From NCBI GenBank assembly GCA_023213395.1, contig CM041465.1:251603741-251667740 (forward strand): a stretch of 64,000 bases of DNA, written 5' to 3'. Source of the stretch: Cycas panzhihuaensis (taxonomy: Eukaryota; Plantae; Cycadophyta). The notes beneath the pieces were generated by a model, which saw only the letters and a program-made list of their open reading frames with translations, did no database searches and was not told the origin of the DNA. Within the stretch, counting starts at the first letter, position 1. The number at the start of each line of letters is the position of its first letter. A program made the position numbers and the translations under genes. This document shows positions 38,050 to 51,600 of the stretch, in pieces.

Positions 38050-39500
38050 CAAGGTACTAAGAAGGTTGGTGGTAAAGCAAGTTGGGATGTAAAGGGGAAA
38101 AAATCAATGTCTTGTAGAGGGGGTGTATGGTGATAGCACTAGGGGTTGAAGCATGTTGAAAGGAGGGTGGAAAATGAAAAATATGAGAATGGTGATAAAG
38201 AGATTTTCTAGGGAATGAGACATGAGAAGGTATTTGAAATGGAACAAGAATTTCGCCTACTAAGAGTTGGGGATTTAGAACTCTAAGTTTTAATGCAGTT
38301 ATAGGTTCTTTGTGTACAATAGGTGAGTGAATTTTCAAGGCTATAGACTTTGAAAAATCAATATGAACAAGGAAACTTCTAAAAGAAATGGATAAGTGAA
38401 AGATAGGATCAAAATTTAAAGCAAGGACCTTCCCAAGGATGGTTTCTATCTTAGTTTCCTCTTAGGGCTCCTTATTGGTAGGTATCTCCTTGCTTGATAA
38501 CTCCTCACTAGTAGGTATTTCCTTGCTTAATTCATGTGTGTTACTTGCATTTTCACCATACTATTCATTGATAGGCTTCTCACAAGATTGTTCGTCAATC
38601 TACTCAGCTAGTTCTTCCTTTTTTCCTACATAATTCCTTGTGTCTTCTCAGAGTTCATCTTTTAGTCTTTATAGGGCTTCTCATTGACTATCTTTGTAGC
38701 AATCCAAGCATCTTAATATTCCTTTTCTTTCTCCTTTTTCTCATTACTTGCTTTATTATTTTCATTAATTATTAGACAATTAATTAAATTACTAGTGTGA
38801 TGACATCCAAAACAAGCATTAGGTAGAGCATAATACAAAACTTTATAGCTCTTTACATATCTCTAATTTTAATTGTAATCTCATCAACAATTTTTTGACA
38901 GGTTTATTCTCATAGAGACTTTGATATTAGGTCTACTATCAAATTGATATTCTTATTCCATAACTACAAGCTCTCCCAATGGGGCAACCACCTATGAAAG
39001 AAACTTCCATAGACTTGCATGCAAGCCTCTAATTTATCCTGTACTAGAGAACTAACATTATTTTGGTAACCATATTTGCATGATAAAATGATTGCTTCCA
39101 CAATACTAGAAGCCTTGTTTAAGGATTAAACCAACACTTGCATCATCAATAAATTAAAAAAGTAAATCTCCATATAATAAGTACTTAACCTTATCAAGCC
39201 TAATCTTTTAAGATTTCCACACATCTCGCACCTAGTCCTCCATAATCTTGCTAGAACACAAGGGCTCAACACAAACCTCCATAATAGACTTACTTTGAAT
39301 GATTGCAATTTCCTTTTCAACCTCATCCTCATCAAGTTCAACTAAGAAGTTAGAGCATGTACCTACAATCTTAGACCCTTTGTCATTGCTATGTGTCTTC
39401 AATCTCCTCTTTTTTGCAAGTCCATTGAGATCTTATCTAACTAGGCAAATTCCTCCTAAGAAACATCATCCAAATTCTTCCTAGTGCTCCCCTTGATAGT
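38050..39500 (-). pseudogene. LINE ORF1-like relic(s)
   Basis: Degenerate knuckle ACFGCHHTSNLINC (~38775-38820), HRWLPHW (~38975), and a second GKVLAL...FLVHIDFSK segment (~38345-38440). Confidence 0.45.
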
Positions 39501-40999
39501 TTCATTTCATGAATTCTTCTTGGTTTCAATTTTAAATGAATTCTTCATCTGAAAGGATTGTTCTAGAGACCTCATAGCTTTTTCTTCTACTTTTTCTCCA
39601 CCTCCATCAAAAATTGCTTTAAAGATCTACCCATCATGAGTTAAAAGAGCCTTTATGCAAGGAAATAAGTGTAAAAGCCTTATGAATAAATTGTCACCGC
39701 CCCCTCTTTCTTACCATATATGCTCTCATGAGCATAGGGATGGCTAACATAGATAAGGCCTTCCCTACACTCTCTCTATTTATTGTGGAAGTCAAAGGAG
39801 AATAACAAAAGAAAGGGAAAAAATATGTTTGGAAGGGCTAAACAAACCATGACAAGGGTTTGACCTTTAGTAAATAGGCATTGCTAACAAAATGTAGTCA
39901 GCCTTATTATAGGACCTTCCATATTATAGTAGATAGTTTCATCATATTGATGGTTTATTTATTTTGTGGAAAGTTGCCATAGGAATACTTCATGCAATTA
40001 TTACTTAAGTTTGTAAATTTAGAGTTACAAATTTCAAGGGTTGTTTAAATAGATTCTTGCTTCTAATAAAATAACACTTATTTATTTTTATGCTTTGAAT
40101 AGATATATTATGCAACCCTAGGGTGGTTTCTTTAAAAGATAAATCACATATTTTATGCATTATATTATAAAACACAACCTTTATAGGTCTCTCTCACACA
40201 CAAATATATATGTGAATTTGTTGCTTTTTATTTTGGATGAAAAAACTAATTATAATCTATATGTCACCTTAGTTTATTCTTCATATGAGATATGCTTGAT
40301 TTAATAGTTTTTATCCATGCAGACCGGGGTTTTAATATGTCCCCAATGCAAAGTCTTCAAATGTGTGACCTTCCCTAATAAGAAAGATGGTGGATTCAAA
40401 TCTTAGGGAGGACCAGTGATGTTAACACAATGTAGTTTTTTATGGCATTGATTTCACTTTTTATATTATTCATGAATTGTAATGTTGGCAAATATGAGTA
40501 TTTAAGTTTGACTTGTTGAAAGAAAGCATCCCTCGTTCTTAATGCAACATACATTTACTTAAAATTTTAAAATTGATTAATACCGATGATCTAAATTCTA
40601 ATAGAAGCAATGATGTTTTTTGTGACATTTGAGAGAAAGATTAATATAACTTGAAAGAAATAGATGTTTCTAAACTTTTGAACATTACAAAGCATTATTT
40701 CAAGAGGTGTATCGATGCTCTTTTGGGAATTGATAATGTATAATCGAGTTTTATTCTCTTAACTAAGAATAATTAGAAACAAATAGGCCACTTTGGTTAG
40801 AATCTTTTGCACTGTGTTCTTTAAATTAAAATTTAGACTTAAGTCTCATAAATTTTCCAAGCCTCGTTACCTCATTTGTAGGCTTAAAAATTTAGCACCA
40901 TTGATGACCTAACATTTTGAATGCCTAGATACTTTTACACATTAATTTTTTTATGCATTTTAAATAAGGATTGTGCATGTTCATATTAAACTAGTTTTC

Positions 41000-42950
41000 A
41001 TTTGATTAGTTGATTATGAATCTTGATCAGGATAGACTCTTATGGGAGCTTTTAGTAGAGCACAGTTGGCATGCCTTTTTTCAATGTAATCCTTGTTAAG
41101 AATATGTTTAATCCCTTCTCTTGGGTAGGGGCACTTCTTGAAATGTCTTGGATATTATTATACACTCTTTTTTTTTGTCTTGAGGATGTCACCATGTGCC
41201 TCTTGGAGTAAAAAATCTTGAACTTTAGTTCCTTAGGTGAAAGTAAAAATAAACGATTCGCCACTATCATGTTAACAAATCCAAGTAAGGTTAAAACATC
41301 CTGGAAACTTTATTTGTTAATAAGAGGATGAACTTTTAAGCCAACCTAGTTCTCTAATAGAAGTCTGTATTCGATCCTCTAATTGGAAAAACATAAGCAT
41401 CGATGTTATCCCAACATGATGAACCTCAAGACTGTTGATCTCAAATTTCTAAGGCTCTGGTCAATAATAACCCTACTTGAAAACGATATTGAATAATAAA
41501 TTTTCTTCAAATTCTCTTTTGGGATATGATATCATATTTGCAGAAGATCTCAAGATTGATCAACACCTCTTATAATGAGGTTGTGAGGATCCCTCAAACC
41601 CACTCCTCTTGTCACTTAAGGTGCACATACCATAATTCAATTTTCTAGATGATAAGACATCTCCTTTCTCCATGTTGCCATTGTAAACATAATGCCTCAT
41701 TTATTGTTTCAAATGCAAAGACCAATGAACAAGCAAGTTAGCCATATAAGACAAAGTTGATTGGAAAATGACTTCTCTACTAATAAGATTCAAGTGATGG
41801 GATGCCTACAAATTCAACCTAACCTTGATTTTCTAAATAAAGGAGAGCTAATTAAAATCCTTAAGTGGTACAAGGATCATTATAAAGTTAGATATGGTAG
41901 TAAACCTAATTCATTAAACTAGTTGATAGTCATTACTCCTCCTAACTCCATAATAATCCTTGAAGGTGCTTCATATATTTTGAGAATGTTTGTCTGCATT
42001 ATGGATTCCCAGACAAAGATGTATTTTGTTAAGATTAGAGTATTTGTTAAAAAATTGGTAAGGGATTGGGTATCATCATGTCTTATTATCAATTAATATT
42101 GAATAATATTAATATAGCTTAATCAAGTGCAATTTAGCATCTTTTCCAAATGATCCTCCAAGTTTCCCACTTCTCTCATATACAACCTCATTTCTCCTCT
42201 ATACATTGGTGAAAGGCTTAATGAGATTTGGAAAGGTAAGATTATCAATTCTATGCCATTTAAACATTTTAAAAGTTTATGTTGTTCCCTAATTAGGCCT
42301 AATAAACCTCTTTTGCATGGTCTTTTATTCATAAAGGAATGATTGTTAAGTTGGGGCACTTTGATTATGCCTATCCTTTATGTGATAAACAAACAAATCT
42401 CAAGCATAGATTTTAGTGGTGGCTTTTAACCAAGGATGGTTGGAGACAAGTTAACGCTTTTGGATTTTTGGTGAAATATTGCTTTTCTTTAGGATAAGAA
42501 ATCCTTCTCTTAAACTTTAACTATTGCTTGGAATATTCTCATAGTGGAAGCCTAGTTTGTTATATAGAAATACATGAATGTAGTTATCTTTTCTAATTAG
42601 AATGCCTTAATAATGCTTATTAATGTATGCGATATATGGTGGTTACTAGTTGTGCTCTATAGATTAGTATCTAACCCAACAAAGTTCAAGTGGGGTTTCC
42701 ACACCTATTAGAGCTGATAATGAAGGGAGTTAACCCATTTCATTATGAGTATGGTCCTTCTTGAAGAGCCTAGCTAAACCCATTGCAACCAAAATATGAA
42801 TTATAGCCAAAGTTGCTTTAGAGGTTGATATTCCAACTAAGGAAAATGGTGATCAACTCTTCCTCAGTAGTAAACACATCAGGTCCTCAACAACATAGGC
42901 CTCATGTTAGTGCTTTCACACCCACCCATAGATCTCTAATTGCAAACAAT
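41000..42950 (-). pseudogene. LINE (L1-clade) ORF2 RT relic, heavily decayed
   Basis: WKPHLNFVGLD (WRPISLL-like, ~42670-42700), LISREVIFQSTLSYMA (~41740-41785), RGVGLRDP (GGLGLRD-like, ~41585-41610). Confidence 0.5.
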
Positions 42951-45900
42951 CTCCTCCTTAATTAGTGGATTATGGACATTGCAAAGGTTGGACTCTTAAG
43001 GAGGACAATCTAAATAAAGGTTTTAATGTATGGGTGAAAGTTGCTCTGATATTTTGATGTTTGACTACTCATAGTTCAAGTTTTATGTTTTTTGGTTATA
43101 TGGTGTTCTATATTTATTTTGTAGACTATACATGGCAATGCCTTTTGATTTATTGGATTTTTTTTTCTCCAACTTTTTATTATTATCTACAAGGATGGGG
43201 GGATTGGTTATTTTCTCATACATTTTTCTTATAATAATATGCAAATTTTCCTATCAATAGATTTGTCCTTTTCAACACACTTAAAAGGAATTTAAAAAAA
43301 AAGACTTGATTATATAACTTTCTACATCTATGTTGTAGCCTAGACATGGAAATGTTCTTTGATTTCTAGGTTTCATTTTATTTTCACTCTTATTATTGCC
43401 TATAAGAGCAGAGGAGATTGACTACTTTCTCTTATGCATTTTTCTTGTAACAACATGCAAATTTTTGTACTATTAGATTTATGTTTTTCAACAATCTTTA
43501 AAAAAAATATTACACTATTAAATGATGCATGACATTGTATTATCATGGTATGTGATTGTAGAAGGTGTACATATTGTTTTATTTAGAAGAAAAATATGTC
43601 AACTCAACAACTATCTTTGTGCATATGCTGGTGCATACCATTTATTTTATTTTATTGCAAGAGAGAACATTTTCATATTAATTATATCAACCAAGGTTGC
43701 TTAGTAATTTGACATTGATAAAACAGAAAGCCTTGATGGCTTATTCAACAATCTTTAGATCTTAATGGTTAGAATAAATTTCCTTCTAAAAGTTTTTGTT
43801 TATTTACAATGCTCAGTGGAATAATAACATTTCTCAAAGGTACAAATCTTGTGATATAAAGTTTAGAAACAAGTACTTTTTAACTTACAACTCAAAAATA
43901 TTAAAAATTTTCACTACTTGTAAGATGAACATACATTAATTCTTATCTATTTTATACTTTGAATATGAAAGGGGTTATTTTATCATAGATTTTGAATTTA
44001 TTTCTTTTGGTTTAACAAATAACGATGAAAATCAAAAGTTTATGACTTGAAGAGTAGAATTGTTGTATTTGCTTTTGATGTGATTAGGAAGTAGTTGGAT
44101 TTGAGGTTTATAATGCAATGCAACTAACTGCACACATTCTATACTATGTGTTGATTGCATTATATTTGCTCTTCATGTCATTAGATACTTATTGTTTGGT
44201 CACATCTTATATGTCGCAATTTGATCATATGTTCTATCAAGTGTATTAATAACGAGAGGTGGAAACTTTGTGTTGTCTAACCACCTAACTAATTATAATT
44301 CTAATGTATCAAGCAATTCGTGATAGAAACATGTTTAGAGTGCATAATGGTTTGGCAAAGGAGTTTTGGGGGCATTTTATGATACAAAAGTGATTTAGTG
44401 TTTAAAATAATGTTGAAAGGGTTTTTTAGAGTATTTAATTGTATGAAATATAATTAAGAAGCATTGGATGATATAAAATAAGAATGTTGTGCATTTCATT
44501 ATGTAAAAATTAATTTTTTATGCATAATGATATATATAAGGGCCTTTTCAGGGTATTCAACCCCATAAATTAATAGTATAAGAGGTGTTGAAAATATAAT
44601 ATCTCATTGCACCTGTGGTACCTCTATTAGGATTTGACCTAAACTGCATTATGTAATGCAAATGGAGATTTTGTGTACATGCATTTGTATGGAAAAAAAA
44701 AAAAAGGATGGGAGAAAAATGTATTTACATTGATTAAGATAAATACTTGGTTCATTTTGATAGTCTAAAATATATTTAGAGGAGATTTGAGGGTTTAATA
44801 TATAAAAGTGATTTTAATAGTATTTGATTATATAAAATAGTTGAGAGCTAATGATAGACATAAATAAGATGTTTTATGAGCATTGAATAATATTAATTCA
44901 AGAGAGCAGGATGATGTATAAAAGGAGTTTTGGAGTATATTTAATTATATGAAATAGGGCAACATGTCACACTTACTAACTAGTAAGTTAAAAATGATAG
45001 TGAAAGTGTGGTATTGGAGATTGGTGTGGCCACGGCTAAGGAGGGTTACATAGACATGGGAGACTTGAAATAACAAGCATCAAATTTATCAATAATATGA
45101 GTTACCTAGTTGTAAGTTTCCCAAAATTCTTTAGTTTTCAATGATTTATAACACTACTAATAAAACTAGATATTATGTGAATAAGTGGTTCCACCATGAG
45201 CTTATAAAGGTGATATTCCAATAAGAGACTTGACATAAATAATACTAATTATACATTTGATTTTCCCTAACATAATCTTAGCTAAATAGGATAGATTAGT
45301 ATCTTCACTTAACAATTTCCATTTTTTGTTGAAAACATAATTTACAACCATAAATTGCATGTTTATAAATTTGTACATTCATTTCTTATAGAAAAAATCC
45401 TAAACTCACTGAATAATAGAAGGTTTTGTATGTGAGTGTTTTTAAGTATTTCTCCCATTTGGTGTACTTAGCAAAAAATTAAGTAAAGTCACCCCATATT
45501 TATGAAAGTCAATAATCCTTCCTTATACTAAGTTCCATATGCATAACCAAGCTAGGTATAAAAGGAATGTGATTAAATTTCATAATCTTTCAAACTTGCT
45601 TCAACTCTATAATAATATAAAGTGCACCCTAGAATCTTAAGAATATTCTATTGAGAATTCCCATTTCATACTTCTGTTCAAAATCTTCCTATTGTGATTT
45701 CTTCTTATGTAGGTCAAGGGTGATTCAAAGAAGAATATATAGATGATGCATCTTCAATTGGGGCATTTGAACCTACTTGGAGGTATGGGTTTTCATTATC
45801 CTCTTGGTTCAGATAGAAAGAGCTACACTCATGTTGATCTCCTCTTCTCTCTATTTACATGTTCTTTAGATGTAAGTCAATTGATGAGGTTTTCATTGTG

Positions 45901-47733
45901 GTTTTCTATGTCAACTTACTACATTACTTGTTTTGGAGAAGTATGTAGATAACACATTTGTTAGATGTGGTGGTAGTCAAAATACATACATTCTAAGGCT
46001 TTTCCGATTTGAAAAATATGCATTGGTGACTACATTCTAGGGCTTTCTTTAATTTATTTTGAGTTGGGTTTTCTCTCTTAAGTCTTTATAGTTTTACTTG
46101 GTTATTATTTAATGTATGAAGTAAATACCCATTTGGAAAATATTGAACTCTATTTTTTAATGGGTTTTCTTTATACCTCTTATTTGAATATTGTTCCTCT
46201 AAAACACTATTATTTTTATAAAATTTTCAATGGTATAATATGATTTGCATCGTAGATTTTGGTTACAAAAATCTTGATTCTAAGCTTCTTTCATGATGTG
46301 CATACATCATGGGAAATAAAATGGCTTCTAAGACTATTTCTTCATATCTAATACTTGTATCCATTAATTGTCTATTGAGAGACACAAAACTAAGAATTTT
46401 GGTGCCTTTAATGAATCAACTTATGTAGCTTGTCTTGTTTAGGACCACTTTCACTTTGTTGTCTTATTGATTGCTGTAGATGAGAATTCTAGATTCTTAT
46501 AGATGTGACTTCATACAAGATCTTAGTTGAGTAATGCTTACATCGTTATATGCAAGTTTCTGTGATTGTCACTTGAGCTTGCTATCAATTTTAATGAAGA
46601 AGATCCTTACTTAGGCATTTATCTAGTAATTTGATTGTTCTCTACACCAGGGGATGTCATTTTGTTAAGGAATTTTGATGCATAAGTAGGAATCAAACAA
46701 ACTTCTATTTGTTCTTTTGTGGGGGATAAGCTATAATGCATTGAGTTTGATCTAGAGTATGTCCTCACTAGTCAATGTGTTATATTTAATATTATAAATC
46801 TATGATTTTTAACATGACTCCACCTTATTGACTATGCTTATATAACATTCACTTTTGCTAGTTTAGCCTCATCCTCTACCACCACTCTTCCTTTCCCATT
46901 GGCTTTGACTATTCTTTTGATACTTACTCTGAGGAACATATCTCCTAATACCTCCCAAATTGTTATTCTCTTCCTTCCATCACACTCAAACTTGAAGCCT
47001 CATACAAAACCTCTTTGAAGTCACTAATTTCATTCTTTTCTCCCCACATACTGTCCAACATACTCCTACTCAAGGTACCCTTAGACATCAGCTTATTAAC
47101 GATGAGTTTGATGACAAATGTAAATTCATGCACTGGAAGTTTAAGTTTGTTTTGGCTCAACCCTAAGTCTACAATAAATACACCCATTAAATACATTGAT
47201 TCCTTCTTAGGTAGAAAAATACAAATTTCTTTTATATAGAAGAATTAACCTTATTCATGCACTTATAGACAAGCCTAAATTCTTTTAAAGAGTTCTCATG
47301 CCTCAAAAAATGGTGTGGGTTCAAGAGGCCGAAGTGCTAAAATGAGCTAAAAGCATTAACATAGAACTCTATAATCCATAACAAAAATGAGAATGATCAC
47401 ACAACAACCAAACAAACAAGATGCCAATAGTGTGAAGGAAATAAAGTTGTTAAATCACTAATTTTTGCAGATGAAATGTATAAATATAAAGGGAAATGAA
47501 TGACTTTGATCGAAAGAATCTAATGGCCCATATTCCATCTTTGCTAGTTAACTATCAACTAATTCAATTACAAGTAGTGTATATGTGTCACGTATAAAGA
47601 GATAACTAATGATAAAATTCAAGTAACTAATTGAGTCAACATAAATGAGTATTCACCTATTGATTCTATAAATCTATTTAATATAATGCAAACATAAAGG
47701 GGGAAAATACTCTCTATTGGAGTATCCCCAACA

Positions 47734-48650
47734 ATTCTTCCCAATGATAGAAACATTAGGCTCCAATGCATACAAAAGGTGGGATAAATATTGGATCATC
47801 TATTGATGTGGGATCCATTGTTCCTAATGTAGTAGTTGCCCTTTCTTAGTAACCAAATAGGAAGTGCTAAACCCATCTTAAGTGAGTCATGTTTTCATGT
47901 CAAAATTTGTGTCAATTGGCAAGGGTGGTTAGAAATCGAGTAGCACTTGTCTTAGATGATTGATTAAATTTTTTTTCTCCAATGTAGAATCCTCATAAGG
48001 CTTGAGGAGATCAATGCTGACAATGTCATGAATCCCTAAGTGTTCTGGAAGGTTTAATCAAATTATATTATCTCCAATTTATTGTACAATGGTATATGGA
48101 CCATATATGATAGGGTTTATCTTTTGATGTGCCTTGTCTTTAAACCATCGCTTATTAAGATGCAACCAAACTTTATCACCAACCTGAAAATGATGTGGTA
48201 CTCTTCGCTTGCCTATGTACTCTTTCATCTTGGTTTGAATTTTAATGAGAATTTGAAATATTTTAGAGTTGAGGATTTCTAAATAGTTGACAAAGGAAGT
48301 ATTTTTTTTTTGCTCATGTTGGACATGTGAAGTGGTAGGATGGAATAAAGACAAGGATAACTCAGAATATATAAGTAGTTTAAAGCAAAAACAGACTTCA
48401 AAAAGGGAATGCGTAGTAGAGGAGTGAAGAACATGATTATAAGAGTGTTTAATGTGTGTTTAGCTTAAGTCCCATTTAGAAGGTGAGGATTGGTTAAAGT
48501 TGCGAAGGCATTGAATAAGAGTATGGTTGACAATTTTAGTTAGACTATTAGACTAGGGGTGGAAAGTAGTGGAAAGCTTAATCTGGGTGCCCAAAAGCTT
48601 TTAGAAGAATCTCAAAAAAGGACTAACAAAGTGAGAGTCCTTATCTAAGA
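47734..48650 (-). pseudogene. Ty3/Gypsy integrase C-terminus with degenerate chromodomain-like tail and PPT
   Basis: FSTTFHP*SNSLTKIVN, FQVGDKVWLHL...YGPYTIV (ORF 48079-48354), YLVTKKG...EQW. Minus-strand TGGGAAGAAT|TGTTGGGG PPT/LTR junction at 47733. Confidence 0.8.
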
Positions 48651-48651
48651 T

Positions 48652-51600
48652 TGTTAGATTAATATTTTATTTAATGTTTATGCTAGTTCTCATTGGTGAG
48701 TTAGTTGGTGGGTCACCACTCACATGAGAACCATGTGTACTATCAACTACTTGTTGGTTCATTACACCTCATGTATATCTAATGTAATAGGATTTTTGAA
48801 GGGTAGAATAATTCTATCCACAAATCTACGTATGCTCTTTTTGTAGGTGCATTATTCTTTGATCTAACATGGTATCAAAGCCATGGAAGAGTGAAGGAGG
48901 ACCATTGGAGCATGATTAAGGTGTATGTTGGAGAAGGAGGTCTGTCTCGTGAATCAAATTTAATTGGAGCGTGTAGAGACAAATCCCAAGATAAATTTGA
49001 GGCACTTTTTAAAGATAAATTCAAGCATTTAATCTTATAAGATTATTATTTCCATCAATTCTTTTTTCCTTTAAGGGTTTCTAGAAAGGACAATTTTTTT
49101 CATAAACTAGATTGTGTTTAGAATCAAATCTACTTACACATTTGAATAAAAATTAGTGAAGAGATATTTTGAATACATAAATTTAAAAGAACTAAAGTTT
49201 TTAATAATTGCATGTAAAAAACATGCATGCAACATTGTTTTCATGAAGTTTTTAATGGTTTTATTTAATAAAAAACCTAATATAGATTCTATTAAATAAA
49301 TAAATTTAAAAAAAGTTTAAACATCCATAGAATTTGTGAGAAATTAGTATGCAAACCCTTGCATACTTTCCACACATTGCAAACTAATAAAAATTTAAAG
49401 AAACTTGAAGATTTGGTCTAAGAAAATTGCCATTAAAGTTGGTTGCCACCCTTATGCAAATGTTTTCTTCACAATGAAAATTGAAATCTCTACAAAAATG
49501 CCCCAACATTGTGTAGGCTCATTGAATGTTGAGATCTGAAGGAAAAAAATAAAATATTTGATTGAGTTTATTTGCCATTTTTCTTCCTCCTCTTGAAGCT
49601 TGGTTGTTGAGTTTGTGTCCTTGTTTGTTGCCAAAGGAGGGTCATTCTTCATGAAAAGAAGTTTTAAGATATTATTATGGAGCCCCAACACCACAATTAT
49701 GTGCTTAGATTGGAAGATTGAAGTAAATGAACCCTGTTTTAATCACATTTCCTCACAGACATCATCATTGGGACACATAGGATGACAAAAATCTTTTTGA
49801 AAGAGCACTTAAGGTTATTTTATTAACTTAAGTCCTATCATATTAAATCATTTTTTATATTATTTTAATTACACTTTTGTTTAATAATTGGTCTTATTAA
49901 GTGCCATATGACTCTGCTTTATGAAGTAAAGTTTTTTTTTTTTTTTTTTTTTTTTTTTAACTTCATCCTTTTAAAAAGCAATGTAAAAAAAAACCTTTAT
50001 AACGTTCTTTAGAGCATCCCTTTCTCAATCCATCTGGTCCAACTAGATCGTGGATTAATGCTCTTTTTACTAAAGTATAACCTGAATGCTTTTTGTATCA
50101 AATTGTCAATAAATAATGCTTGAAATCTGTAGTATATTGCATGATAATTAATAATAAACTATTTCATGTAAATTCTGGCTACTTGCATGTAAACTAATGA
50201 AATTTAAGTTGTATCTTATGTAGTAACCAATAAGTGAATCAATAATTAATAAAGTAAGTTTTTTGTTTAATGTGTGTGAGACTTGTTTTTGAGCCCACAA
50301 TGTGTCATGCTTCTTGTTGCAATTGGCATGTTGCTCCTTGTCCTTCAAGCTTTGTTTAACACATTGCATCTTTTAACTATTTGGTGTGGCATGAATAATC
50401 TTGTTGTAAAATGGTGAACAATACAATTATAGGCTTTATAACTGCATAGTTAACAAGGGTGGAAAATTTTTTCCTCTAGAAACAATAGATGAAAATTGTT
50501 TTAGGCATCAATAATATGTGGTAGTTCATGGAGTAGGAACCCATAATGCCAATAGATAATGATGAAAAAAGAAAACTAAAAGCTAGACTTAGAATTGCTT
50601 TAGGTTTCATCAACCTTTCCATGGGAGGAAACTTGGTGGTGAATGTGGCTACTACCATGACTCCCAAAGAAACCTAGAATGCAATTATTTCTTTCCATGA
50701 AGCAAAAGATGATGCCTAGATTCTAGCATTGATAAATCAATTGTACAACTTGAAGCTGAGTGGGCCCATGATCAATCATCTATAAGAGGTGAAAGTAATC
50801 AAAGATCAAGTAGGTTCTATGGATAAGCCATAATGACTTGGGAGGATTATGAAAACAATATAAGCAAAGACTTAAAGACATTAGTGAAATTTTTCTAGAT
50901 GCATCGGGAGTCAAGTTTAAGGGTAAACAACCCTTTGTGCCTCTCCATTTAAATACAATGTTTAGTGGGAGGGTTCTAAAGAACAAGTGAAGTATTAGAA
51001 TTATGGAAAAATAGGGTATTTAAAAAAAGGATTACTAAAGTTTGCAGTAATAATGGAAACCCCAACAACAACAATGGAAACAACAACTATGACATTAGCA
51101 ACAACAATGTCATCAACAACCTCAGCATCAGAACATAGGCATAATGGTCCCTATGGTAGTTTTTAAAGTGTCCATTAATCAAATGACAATGAGAAGAGGG
51201 AAAAACATTTTGTAGTAACATACCTAATTCGAAATTGTGTAGATAATATCTAGATTATTGACTCAAGGGCAACTAAACATATGACAAGGAGACTAGAATG
51301 GTTTGAGAACATGAAGAAGACTACATATGAATTTGTCACTATTGGTGATAAATTTGTTCTACAAGTAGTAATGATTGGTAAAGTATCGATCAACATTTCA
51401 AAAACTGAGAATACATGCATCCAAAATGCGTTGCACATACTAGGATTAAAGGTCAATCTTATCTCAGTCTCCTACATCAAGAAACTATAAGGGGATTGGA
51501 GTTAGAGCAAAACTCACAACATTAACTGCATGCATACATAGAAATAAATGAGAAAATACGAATGAGTCACAACTCCCCAAATCTTGTTGAATTACACTCT

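Noticed and set aside
37500-38300. Strongly purine-rich plus strand as a special structural element
   Set aside because: No periodicity seen. Most simply the antisense of a pyrimidine-rich LINE ORF1-associated region.
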